Assembly: GCA_963457605.1 (NCBI GenBank) | Contig: OY735138.1 | DNA length: 64,000 nt | Reading direction: 5' to 3' (one strand) | From: an uncultured Gellertiella sp. | GTDB taxonomy: Bacteria; Pseudomonadota; Alphaproteobacteria; Rhizobiales; Rhizobiaceae | Shown here: one piece after another, positions 36,525 to 45,140 of the stretch | Numbering within the stretch: the stretch's first letter is position 1 | Layout of the letters: each line of letters opens with the position of its first letter | Notes under the pieces: model-generated | Databases searched by the model: none | Seen by the model: only the letters and a program-made list of their open reading frames with translations | Told to the model about the DNA's origin: nothing | Position numbers and translations under genes: made by a program

Positions 36525-38858
36525 TCAGGCCGCCGACAGCGCCGAAAACGCCCGGTCCAGCGCCTGCAGGGCAAAATCCGCATCGGCGCGGGTGAAGACC
36601 AGCGGCGGGCGCATCTTGATGATATTGCCGTCGACCCCTTCCGAGCCAACCAGAACCCGGTGATCACGCAGGAGATTGACCAGCTTTTTGGTCTCAGCCG
36701 CAGCGGGCGTGCGCAACTCCCTGTCGGTCACGAGTTCGATGCCGATGGCGAGACCGCTCACCCTGACATCGCCGATCAGGCTGTGGCGCTGCTTGAGGGC
36801 GAGCAGGCCCGCCTTGACATGCGCCCCGAGTGTTGCGGCATTTTCCATCAGCTTCTGGTTCTCGATCACGTCGAGCACCGCAAGACCGGCGGCGGAGGAA
36901 ACATTGTTGCCGCCAAAGGTCGAGAAGAAGGCGCTCTGGCGGATGAAGTGGTCGTAGATTTCCGGGCGGGTGATGACGGCACCGATCGGATGGCCATTGC
37001 CGGCCGGCTTGCCGATGGTGATGATGTCCGGCACCACGCCATGCATCTGATAACCCCAGAAATGCTGGCCCATCCGGCCAAAGCCCGACTGGACCTCATC
37101 GGCAATGCACAATCCGCCGGCCCGCCGCACCCGGTCGAAGACCCCGGCGACATAGCCCGGCACCGGTTCCAGCAGACCATTGGCGATAAAGGCGGAATCG
37201 ACGATGACGGCGGCGGGCTTCATGCCATCGCGGGCCAGCGATTCAATCGCCCGGTCGGCATCCGCGGCACATGTCCCGGCAAAGTCCGCATCCTGTCCGG
37301 CAGGCCCGGCCCGGTAGCGGTCCGGTGCCATCAGCGTGCGCACATGCCGGGCCAGCGTGCCCGTGCGGTTGGCCGAAGGCGAGACCGCGTCGATGGCCTC
37401 GGTAATGCCGTGATAGGCGAAGTCCTGGGTGAGGAAACCCTGTGCGCCCGTCCAGGCGCGGGCGATCCGCCAGGCGATGTCATTGGCCTCGCTGCCGGAA
37501 TTGACGAAGGTGCAGACCGAGAGCTCGCCACCGGCAAGGACGGTCAGCCGCTCGGCATAGTCGAGAACCTGGGTGCCGAGATAGCGGGTATTGGTATTCA
37601 GCAACCGGCTTTGCCGGACGATTGCCTCCACCACATCAGGCTGGCAATGGCCGACAATCGGCACATTGTTGTAGCAGTCGAGATAGGAGGTGCCATCGGC
37701 GGCATGCAGCCAGACGCCCTCGCCGCGCACCAGATGCAGCGGCGGATCGTAAAACACATAGAGTTCCGATCCCATCGCCTTGCGGCGGCGGCGGATCAGC
37801 TCTTCGACCTCATTGGCCTGCGGCTGCGATTGCGGCAGGCCGCAGGTCTTGCGCAGGATCGCCGTCACCCTGGCGCGGCCCAGCGCGGCAAGCGCCTGCA
37901 TGGCATCGGCCGCCCCGAACCCTTCCACATCCATGTAATTGGGCACATCCGGCGTTTCGCTGCGCCTGTAGGCATTGATCAGCTGGGTGATGGCCAGCCG
38001 GGTCATCACCAGGTCGTAGAGCAGATCCACCTCCGCAGCTTCGAGCGGCGTGACGCCATGATAGCCGGCGGTCAGCGCGTTGAGCACCATCTCGACCCGT
38101 TCAGGCGCGGTGATGAAATCGCAGACCGCTCCGGCAAGATCAAAGATCAGCGGCCCATGCAGCATGTCGCCGAAATCGATGATGCCGGCCACGTCCCTGC
38201 CGGGGCCGAGCAGCAGATTATGCTCATGCATGTCGCAATGGATCACCTGGGCGCGCAGAGTGTCGAGCTGCGGCCTGACGGTCCCGACAAAACGGTCGAT
38301 GGCCGCAGCCACAAGATCACGCTGGTCCGGTTCGGCGATGAAGGTGAGATAGGGCCGGTACCGGTCAGCCATGCGGGGATCCCAGAGCAGGTCCCGGTTG
38401 CCGGCGGCGGCGTGGAAATAGCCGCGCATGGCGAGGCCCAGGCGTGCCTGCATCGCGCCGACGCGGCGGAAGGTTTGGGCATCCATCGCCACCTGCGCGG
38501 CAAGATCGCCCTCCAGATAGGAAAGCACATAGAAATCATGGCTGCGACCGTCGGCGGCGGTGATCCTGACGGTCTTTTCGCCATTGACGGTCAGCCGGAC
38601 GCGGGGAACCGGAATATCCGGCGCGACCCTTTCGATATGGCGCAGCACGCCGATCTGGCAATCCAGCATGTCGAAGGGTTCGTCCGCATTGGCGATCTTC
38701 AGGATGAAAGCCGTGCCATCCGCGGCACGCAGCCGGGAATTCTGATCGCGCTCGCTGTAGAGGGGGGTAATGGTACCTTCAAGACCGAAATGCCGTCGTG
38801 CATGCCCTTCGATTTCGTCCAGAGTGAACAGGGGCGGAGTAGCAGACAGGAATTTCAT
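36525..38858 (-). CDS. fusion protein: APH-type phosphotransferase (kinase) domain + class-III PLP aminotransferase-fold domain
   Basis: Tail of ORF 36525..39047, start at ATG 38858 (MKFLSATPP). The N-terminal ~330 aa carry the APH/choline-kinase signature ([22 protein letters not shown]). The C-terminal ~440 aa are class III aminotransferase-like ([41 protein letters not shown]). Confidence 0.8.
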   Translation of the reverse strand: MKFLSATPPLFTLDEIEGHARRHFGLEGTITPLYSERDQNSRLRAADGTAFILKIANADEPFDMLDCQIGVLRHIERVAPDIPVPRVRLTVNGEKTVRITAADGRSHDFYVLSYLEGDLAAQVAMDAQTFRRVGAMQARLGLAMRGYFHAAAGNRDLLWDPRMADRYRPYLTFIAEPDQRDLVAAAIDRFVGTVRPQLDTLRAQVIHCDMHEHNLLLGPGRDVAGIIDFGDMLHGPLIFDLAGAVCDFITAPERVEMVLNALTAGYHGVTPLEAAEVDLLYDLVMTRLAITQLINAYRRSETPDVPNYMDVEGFGAADAMQALAALGRARVTAILRKTCGLPQSQPQANEVEELIRRRRKAMGSELYVFYDPPLHLVRGEGVWLHAADGTSYLDCYNNVPIVGHCQPDVVEAIVRQSRLLNTNTRYLGTQVLDYAERLTVLAGGELSVCTFVNSGSEANDIAWRIARAWTGAQGFLTQDFAYHGITEAIDAVSPSANRTGTLARHVRTLMAPDRYRAGPAGQDADFAGTCAADADRAIESLARDGMKPAAVIVDSAFIANGLLEPVPGYVAGVFDRVRRAGGLCIADEVQSGFGRMGQHFWGYQMHGVVPDIITIGKPAGNGHPIGAVITRPEIYDHFIRQSAFFSTFGGNNVSSAAGLAVLDVIENQKLMENAATLGAHVKAGLLALKQRHSLIGDVRVSGLAIGIELVTDRELRTPAAAETKKLVNLLRDHRVLVGSEGVDGNIIKMRPPLVFTRADADFALQALDRAFSALSAA

Positions 38859-39504
38859 CGGACATCTTCCATAGCGACAGAGGCGTGATGGCAAACACCG
38901 GAACGCAGGCGCGTGCGCAGCGACAAGGACGCCACGCCCATGTTTTCGCGCGCCCTGTTCTGCCCTGAATTCAGGAAGGAACGAACGCAGGCGCACGTCC
39001 CCAGCCGCAGCCGATGGTCTGCCAGGACCGTGGTCATCGCCCGGCATCTCGCCGGAGTCAACGCCATTTATGCAAAATATTCAACGGGTCAGGGGAGTTC
39101 TGAACAAGGGCGAAGAGCAGGTCCCACCCGAAATTGAATATTCCGGAGGAGAGATCCTGACGGCGCGGTCTGCCGCTCTGCCGCACGCTCGTGACCGGTG
39201 CCGGCAATGGCCGGTCTTCCGGCAGGGGGGAGAGGCCGGAGGGCTCCCGCCCGACCGGATCCCGCCCACGCGCAGGAAAAAAATATTTATAAACAACAAC
39301 ATAAAGCACATCCCCTGATGTGGTCATGACTGGCGTGGCACCCGCTCCCAGGCGCATCGCCGGATGGCTTGACCTTGCTGCGGATGAACGATTGGCGAGC
39401 CCGAAGTGGCACAGGCACCCGAAGACAGGATTTTGCGGCTGGAATCCGGCTTTCCCGCGCGCACAGGTTTTCCTGACAAACTCCGGCCCGCCATCGGGGA
39501 TGGT

Positions 39505-39529
39505 TTGAAAGTTCCATAACATAGATTAT
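39505..39529. repeat. left boundary direct repeat (attL candidate)
   Basis: TGAAAGTTCCATAACATAGATTAT. Its reverse complement reads AGATAA-TCTATG-TTATGGAACTTTCA (ATAA-N6-TTAT, Xer/dif-like layout). Confidence 0.6.
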
Positions 39530-39574
39530 CTGATCTAATTGGGGAATTTCATGAACGCTTGAAAGGATGCGTTT

Positions 39575-39769
39575 ATGAAACGTCTTGTTTCTGTTCTTGT
39601 TCTGCCCCTCGCCCGTCGTGTTGGCGCTCTTGCTGCCAGTGCGACGGCTGGCGCGATGGTCGTTGATCCGGCCATTGCGGCACGTCTTGAGGCGTGGGTG
39701 GTTGCTGGCGCGATGCTAGCCGTCGATCTCGCCTCTGTCTATATCCGCCAGACACAGGAGGGTCGTTAA
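39575..39769 (+). CDS. small hydrophobic phage protein (64 aa; possible membrane/lysis accessory protein)
   Basis: ATG preceded by GAAAGGA. Two hydrophobic stretches (LVSVLVLPLA.., AWVVAGAMLAVDLASV). First ORF inside the repeat-bounded block. No family recognised. Confidence 0.5.
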   Translation: MKRLVSVLVLPLARRVGALAASATAGAMVVDPAIAARLEAWVVAGAMLAVDLASVYIRQTQEGR

Positions 39770-39772
39770 TTC

Positions 39773-40546
39773 CTGCAGTTTCTGCTGCCCGCGCTTGCGT
39801 CGGCAGCAACTGGACTTATCGGCGGAGCGATCAACGCCAGTGCCCAAAAGAGCGCTGCGGATCGGCAGTATCAGAACGATATTGCGGCGCGGGATGAACA
39901 GCGGGCGTATGATCGCGGGTCCCTTGATCGTCTCGTTGTTGACGCTGAGCGAGCGGGGTTTAACCCTCTGACCGTGCTGCGCAACGGCGGGACCTCCTAT
40001 GCCAATAGCGGCTTGCCTCTGCTGTCGCGGCGTGAAGTGGCGGATACCTCGCTGGGTGATGCCATTATCGCGGGTGGTCAGACTTTCGCGAATTCGTACG
40101 ATCCTGACTATGACCTTAAGCGGCAGGAGCGGATGAGCGTGATTGCATCTAATCTCGCGAGTGCGAAGGCTGCAACGCTGTCCGGCGTACGTCGCGGGCG
40201 TGCTGGTTACGGGTCGGGCTCTGTTTCTAAGCCGAAATCGGGTATTGGGGCCGGTCCAAACGGCGAGGTGTTGCCGCTTTATACCAAATGGACGGGCCGA
40301 GATGGCAAGGAAGTCTGGCTTCCTAATCCGGCGTTGCCTGATGACGATGTGTTCAAGGGTGCCGGGTTGGGCGAAGCGCAAACCTCTGGTTGGCAGCTGT
40401 ACGACGTTATCAACGATCGTATTAAGCAGCAAAAGGCACATCCGATGCCGTTTGGCCGTAAGGTCAAGGTTTTGCCGTCTTATGAAGAGCGGCAAAAACG
40501 AGCCCAAAAAATCATGAAAGGAGGTGCGCTGAACACGCCATGGTGA
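39773..40546 (+). CDS. Microviridae DNA pilot / minor capsid protein (VP2/H-like)
   Basis: The reading frame is open from 39770, directly after the in-frame TAA of the previous ORF, to 40546. N-terminal LLPALASAATGLIGGAINASAQKSAADRQYQNDIAARDEQRAYDRGSLDRLVVDAERAGFNPL matches the gly/ala-rich N-terminus and the ..AY.R.....AG(L/F)NP(L/M) motif of gokushovirus-type VP2. There is no ATG/GTG/TTG before GTG 39974. The listed start is the CTG 11 nt after a strong AGGAGG (39756..39761) and is tentative. Confidence 0.65.
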   Translation: MQFLLPALASAATGLIGGAINASAQKSAADRQYQNDIAARDEQRAYDRGSLDRLVVDAERAGFNPLTVLRNGGTSYANSGLPLLSRREVADTSLGDAIIAGGQTFANSYDPDYDLKRQERMSVIASNLASAKAATLSGVRRGRAGYGSGSVSKPKSGIGAGPNGEVLPLYTKWTGRDGKEVWLPNPALPDDDVFKGAGLGEAQTSGWQLYDVINDRIKQQKAHPMPFGRKVKVLPSYEERQKRAQKIMKGGALNTPW

Positions 40547-40626
40547 AGCTTTGCCGTGCCTGCGCCCGTCGTCGGGCGAAACTGCGTAAAATGTTGAAAA
40601 CGTTCAGGAAAGGAACGAAAAAATGA
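40540..40626 (+). CDS. 28-aa highly basic peptide (candidate J/VP8-like DNA-packaging protein)
   Basis: Not in the ORF track (too short). ATG 40540 lies inside the pilot stop region (ccATGgTGA). Translation is MVKLCRACARRRAKLRKMLKTFRKGTKK, with 12 of 28 residues K/R. Its TGA overlaps the capsid ATG (ATGA at 40623..40626). Confidence 0.55.
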   Translation: MVKLCRACARRRAKLRKMLKTFRKGTKK

Positions 40627-42269
40627 GCATTCCGTCTTTGAAGGCTCCGAATGGGCCTGATATCAATCGCATGCGGACACAGCCTATCGCTGTACCGCGC
40701 ACCATTCGGCGTCAGTCTATCAATAACCTGACCTCCCTGCCTGCTGGCAAGATGGTCCCCCTCGCCGCGATCCCGGTACTGCGTGAAGATGCGGTGCGCT
40801 CTGGGCAGATGCGGATCAGTTTCGAACATATGGAAACTGTTGAGGTCCTCATGAACGCGATCAATGTTCGCGTGATGGCCTATTTCGTGCCGATGCTGGC
40901 TCTCGCCCGTTTCAACGGGTCGATGGACCAGCTCAATCTGTCGCATGAGGGCAAGCCCCCTATCGTGGGGCAACCCGTTGTACCGTATATCGAGCAAATC
41001 GCCTTCGGCGCATATGGCAGCAATCCGGTTTACAAATATCTCGGTTTGCACGGCCAGCCAACGCAGATGGTGAATTCTGCCTATCTGGAGGCCTATAATC
41101 TGATCTGGAATTACCGCGCGAAGAACCGTTCGCCGGAGCTGACGTTGCGCGGGCGGCTTGATACCGGCCTTGCGCCTGCGTTCTGGCTGCACGATCGCTT
41201 CAAGCACATGGTTCCGGATTTCGATAACGCGAGTATCGATGGTCAGGTGCCCCTGAATGTCATCAATGCCAAGCTGCCCGTTAAGGGCGTTGGCCTGTTG
41301 TCCAATCCGACGACGCAGCTCAATACGGTGGTGCGCGAAAGTGATGCGAGTATCTCGACATTCCAGACGGCGTTTCTGCCGACTGCTCCGCAGCTTGTGC
41401 TGCGTGGCAGGGCGGTGACGGGCAATATCGTTCCTGATATTTTTGCCGAGCTCGCCCAAAATGGCATTACCGTTTCGCTGTCGAATATCGAGCTTGCCAA
41501 GAAAACGCAGGCTTTCGCGCGGCTCCGTCAGGAGCTCAATGAGCAAGACGATTATATCATTGATCTGCTTATGGACGGGATCAATATTCCGGAACAGGCA
41601 TTCAAGTGGCCGATGCTTCTTGCGGATCAGCGGACCATTTTCGGGCAGTCGAAACGCTATGCATCGGATGCCGCCAATCTGACGAAATCCGTGGTGAATG
41701 GCATGACGGAACTCGAAATTGCGTTTCGCGTGCCGCGTGTCGGCTGCGGCGGCGTGATCATGCTCGTTGCAGAGATCACGCCGGATCAGCTCTTTGAGCG
41801 CCAGGAAGACCCCTTCTTCGCCGCCGGGAATGTCAACGATCTCCCGCAGTATCTGCGCGATGAGCTCGACCCTGAAAAGGTCGACATCGTGCAGAATAAG
41901 CGTATCGACAGTTCCCACGGCACGCCTGCCGGAACCTTTGCGTATGAGCCCATGAATGCGCGGTGGAATATGGACCAGCCGCGTATTGGCGGGCAGTTCT
42001 ATCGCCCGCAGGTCAACACGGCGTTTGACGAGGATCGTCAGCGGATTTGGGCTTCCGAGGTCCTCAATCCGACGCTGTCGAGCGAATTCTACATTTGCAC
42101 GAACATCCACACAAAGCCGTTTGTCGTTACCAATCGCGATCCCTTTGAATGTGTTACGCAAGGGGATGTGTTTGTTGAGGGCAACACCGTGTTCGGGGGC
42201 CACCTCATTGAAGCTACCGACGATTACAATCGCGTTTATGCGGTCGCTCCGCAGACGCGCCTTGCCTAA
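40623..42269 (+). CDS. Microviridae major capsid protein (VP1/F-like)
   Basis: 548 aa, RBS AGGAAAGGAA. N-terminal LPAGKMVPLAAIPVLREDAV and SAYLEAYNLIWNYRAKN resemble the conserved capsid-F motifs (G.L.P...E.LPGD; AYN.I.N.Y.R). The size fits gokushovirus-like VP1. Confidence 0.85.
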   Translation: MSIPSLKAPNGPDINRMRTQPIAVPRTIRRQSINNLTSLPAGKMVPLAAIPVLREDAVRSGQMRISFEHMETVEVLMNAINVRVMAYFVPMLALARFNGSMDQLNLSHEGKPPIVGQPVVPYIEQIAFGAYGSNPVYKYLGLHGQPTQMVNSAYLEAYNLIWNYRAKNRSPELTLRGRLDTGLAPAFWLHDRFKHMVPDFDNASIDGQVPLNVINAKLPVKGVGLLSNPTTQLNTVVRESDASISTFQTAFLPTAPQLVLRGRAVTGNIVPDIFAELAQNGITVSLSNIELAKKTQAFARLRQELNEQDDYIIDLLMDGINIPEQAFKWPMLLADQRTIFGQSKRYASDAANLTKSVVNGMTELEIAFRVPRVGCGGVIMLVAEITPDQLFERQEDPFFAAGNVNDLPQYLRDELDPEKVDIVQNKRIDSSHGTPAGTFAYEPMNARWNMDQPRIGGQFYRPQVNTAFDEDRQRIWASEVLNPTLSSEFYICTNIHTKPFVVTNRDPFECVTQGDVFVEGNTVFGGHLIEATDDYNRVYAVAPQTRLA

Positions 42270-42279
42270 GGAGGGCACA

Positions 42280-42888
42280 ATGACCATTAAGCTGAATTCT
42301 CTCTCGCGGTGGGCCGTGCTCCGTGCCAAGGAGGCCCTTGGGTTCGACGGGCCGGATGACGTCGAGAGGCTCGTGCGCCTTAATCTCAACTGTCAGTCGC
42401 CGACGGATGTATGGATTAGCCGGCGGGATGGGGAAATTTCCTTCCTTTGCTTCGCTCCGGCAGGTCTTGAGACCATTGAATTTTATATCGATGGTGCGTT
42501 TTCGCTGCTCTTCGATGATGAGCGCGGCGAGGTGCAATACAATTGCGCCGAGTTCGAGCCGTCGCATTTCGAGATTGATGACCCCGTGATTTTCACGAAG
42601 ATCGCCGAAAGGCGGGATCGCAATCCGGCGATGGAAGAAATGCTGTACCGCGCTCAAGTCAACGTAGAACGGCGGCTTGCGCAACAGGCCGACGAGTATC
42701 AAATGGCGCTCGCTGCCATGGAAAGGAGATTGGCCGAACATGCCAGGACAGACGATCAGGGAACAACTGCTGGCGCAAGTTCAGCGCCTGTATCAGCACA
42801 AGGCACAGGCGGTGAAGGACCCGGCGAGATTGGCGGCGGCGTTGCTGGCGGCGAACAGGCGGGAGGCTCCGGCGATGGGGCGTCCTGA
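42280..42888 (+). CDS. phage hypothetical protein (202 aa; possible scaffolding-type protein with Gly-rich acidic tail)
   Basis: Tail of ORF 41956..42888, ATG 42280 after AAGGAGGG, 10 nt downstream of the capsid stop. No family recognised. The last ~50 codons overlap the M15 peptidase gene in another frame. Confidence 0.5.
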   Translation: MTIKLNSLSRWAVLRAKEALGFDGPDDVERLVRLNLNCQSPTDVWISRRDGEISFLCFAPAGLETIEFYIDGAFSLLFDDERGEVQYNCAEFEPSHFEIDDPVIFTKIAERRDRNPAMEEMLYRAQVNVERRLAQQADEYQMALAAMERRLAEHARTDDQGTTAGASSAPVSAQGTGGEGPGEIGGGVAGGEQAGGSGDGAS

Positions 42889-43375
42889 CGAAGCCGAGCC
42901 GGTGATCGGCGGGCGTTACGAAGCTGAGCTGAGGGCGATGAAAGACCTGGTCTATTGCCGGTCTGAGGCCTGCGGTCGCCAGCAGTATCATGCGGACCGC
43001 ACGCACGCTCATCCTGATATTCTGGAGTTCGAAAAACGCTTCGTGAAGCGTATGCGGACAATCGGTGTGCCGCTGTTTGCGCATACTATCTGTAGGTCTG
43101 TCGCCGATCAGAATGAGGCGTATATTCGTGGCCGCAGCAAGGCCCGTGCGGGGCAATCTCCGCATAACTACGGGCTTGCTGTGGATATTATCCATGGGAT
43201 CAAAGCTTGGGACCTTACTCGCAAGCAATGGGATATCCTCGGCCATGTAGGAGCGGAGGTAGCCGCCGCGCAAGGCGTTAAGCTTGAATGGGGCGGCAAC
43301 TGGCAGTTCTGGGACCCCGCCCATTGGGAGCTTGCAAATTGGCGCGAGCTTCGAGCGTCGTTGAAGCAGGTCTGA
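42740..43375 (+). CDS. peptidase M15 (VanY / D-Ala-D-Ala carboxypeptidase-like) cell-wall hydrolase, candidate endolysin
   Basis: Tail of ORF 42677..43375, ATG 42740 after GAAAGGAGA. Zn-ligand motifs of LAS/M15 peptidases: SPHNYGLAVD (H-x6-D) and DPAHWEL (D-x2-H). Confidence 0.75.
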   Translation: MPGQTIREQLLAQVQRLYQHKAQAVKDPARLAAALLAANRREAPAMGRPDEAEPVIGGRYEAELRAMKDLVYCRSEACGRQQYHADRTHAHPDILEFEKRFVKRMRTIGVPLFAHTICRSVADQNEAYIRGRSKARAGQSPHNYGLAVDIIHGIKAWDLTRKQWDILGHVGAEVAAAQGVKLEWGGNWQFWDPAHWELANWRELRASLKQV

Positions 43376-43548
43376 ATTAGCCTTTTCGGCATTTGAGAAA
43401 CGTCATCGCCGCATGTTCGGCGGTGGCGTAGTCGTGTCTGCCCCAAAGCCCGCTTGGATCAAAGCTGGCTGTAGGGATTTGGGGCAGACACGGCGGGCAT
43501 ACCTCTCCCTTGGTCATAGGTGCATTTAGTGACAGGACACGAAAGCCC

Positions 43549-44682
43549 ATGTGTTTAGACCCCGTGAAAATCGCTGACGTCGGCTTTGTGGCCTGTCGCG
43601 AATGCTGGCAATGTCGAGAGACCAAAATTGATGATTGGGTCGGTCGCAACATTGCCGAAAGTAAGTTTGCAAAGGCTGCGCACGTCGTAACCCTGACCTA
43701 TGGCCAGGATGACAAGACGGGCGACAGGGACCATATCCGCTCCGCCGTGCTGACTTACTCTGATGTGCAGAAATATCTAAAATACCTTCGGTCGGATGGC
43801 TATCCGGTGCGATATTTCGTGGTGGGTGAGTACGGATCGAAAAAAGGCCGCGCCCACTGGCACATAATTTTGTATTGGCAGGGGCCGGTCCCCGAACACA
43901 AAATCCGAGAAAATTTCCTGCAAAAGCATTGGCCACATGGCTGGTCCTATTGGGATAAGTGTACGTCTGAGGCGGTCAGGTATGCATGCAAGTATATCCT
44001 TAAAGACCCCGCTGATCATGAAAAGCAAGGCTGGGGGCCGATGCCGTCCAAAAAGCCGCCGCTTGGCGATGCATATTTCCGCGATCTCGCGCAGCGCTAT
44101 GTTGATCAGGGGCTTGCTCCGCAGCACCTGCGCTACAGCTTTCCAGAGGTCCGCCGCATCCCGAATGGGTATCGCGGTCGGACTGCAAAACAGTTTCGGG
44201 ATGCCATGCGTCCTGTGCGGTTCATGATGCATGGCAAGACGGCTGAGAATTTTATCTCCTATTTTATTTACCTTTGGCGTGAACGCTTTGGCGATGAGCC
44301 GCCTAAATCCGAATTGATTTGGGCTTATGAGAGTAAGCGCCTTGGTGAATACTTCGAATCTGTGGCTGAGCCACGATTTGATCGCCACGTCAAAGGGCCG
44401 GTGCCTAAGGCACCGCCGTTTGATGGGGCTAAAGTGCAGTTTAGCGAAAAGGCTAACTGCTATTACAGTGATACGGCATCGGGCCGTTTGTGGTTTTCCA
44501 TCGACAGTGAAGGAGATGCCGTATGGCACGACACCATAAGTCCTCGGGTAGACGAGACGCCAACAAACCGGACAACTGGCATGGGGGATCGCGTATCGAT
44601 GATACGCAAAACCGGACCATTCACACGGTCCGATCCCTCGACTTCTCGCCAGTCATACCGGGATCACTCCAAGGGGCTCTGA
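43549..44682 (+). CDS. Microviridae replication initiation protein (VP4/A-like HUH rolling-circle endonuclease)
   Basis: ORF 43510..44682, start moved to ATG 43549 (MCLDP). N-terminal C..C..CR......W..R...E, motif I HVVTLTYG, motif II (HUH) GRAHWHIILYW, motif III YACKYILKD (Y..KY..K). Confidence 0.9.
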   Translation: MCLDPVKIADVGFVACRECWQCRETKIDDWVGRNIAESKFAKAAHVVTLTYGQDDKTGDRDHIRSAVLTYSDVQKYLKYLRSDGYPVRYFVVGEYGSKKGRAHWHIILYWQGPVPEHKIRENFLQKHWPHGWSYWDKCTSEAVRYACKYILKDPADHEKQGWGPMPSKKPPLGDAYFRDLAQRYVDQGLAPQHLRYSFPEVRRIPNGYRGRTAKQFRDAMRPVRFMMHGKTAENFISYFIYLWRERFGDEPPKSELIWAYESKRLGEYFESVAEPRFDRHVKGPVPKAPPFDGAKVQFSEKANCYYSDTASGRLWFSIDSEGDAVWHDTISPRVDETPTNRTTGMGDRVSMIRKTGPFTRSDPSTSRQSYRDHSKGL

Positions 44683-44861
44683 GCCGCAAAGCGGTGTCGG
44701 TGGCCCCTGCCCGCCCCAAAAACTATAGCTCGATTATTGAGCGTCCCTCCTCTCCTGGACGAATATTGCCCCCGGCAACTCGTCCGGTGTCCACGGAATC
44801 GGCCCGGCCTGTGTCGCATTTGTCTCTTAAGCCGCCTGAGCCTGTAAAACAGTCGTCTCCC

Positions 44862-44984
44862 ATGGCGCGCGATAGGCTTCTTGATAGGCTGACTTGTAAA
44901 AAGCGACCTGACAGTGTAGACGCCGCGAAAACGCGTAAGCGGGGCGGCGGCGGCGGGCCTCGTAAATTTATCCCGTGGTGTTGA
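44862..44984 (+). CDS. possible small basic phage ORF (40 aa) within longer ORF 44523..44984
   Basis: ORF 44523..44984 overlaps the Rep 3' end in another frame. It is Pro/Ser-rich and ends in a basic tail (KKRPDSVDAAKTRKRGGGGGPRKFIPWC). The internal ATG at 44862 has no obvious RBS. Coding status is uncertain. Confidence 0.25.
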   Translation: MARDRLLDRLTCKKRPDSVDAAKTRKRGGGGGPRKFIPWC

Positions 44985-45140
44985 GGGAGGGTTTTGATGC
45001 GCTCGATAATCCGATATTACAAGTTTCGAATTAAGCTATGGCTTTTTCAGTTTTGTGTCGGTATCGTGTTCTTGACATTGGTAACGATTTTGCACCATTG
45101 TCAGTCTGTAAGTGGCTGATTTGCCACTGTCACTAAACCA

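Noticed and set aside
39058-39522. 154-aa and other overlapping ORFs in the 650-bp region left of the prophage
   Set aside because: Mutually overlapping in several frames, with no RBS and no family resemblance. Treated as non-coding (see finding).
40512-42389. 625-aa minus-strand ORF across the phage capsid gene
   Set aside because: Antisense to the capsid ORF, which has clear Microviridae motifs, a good RBS and ATGA coupling. All other phage genes are on the plus strand. No recognisable family.
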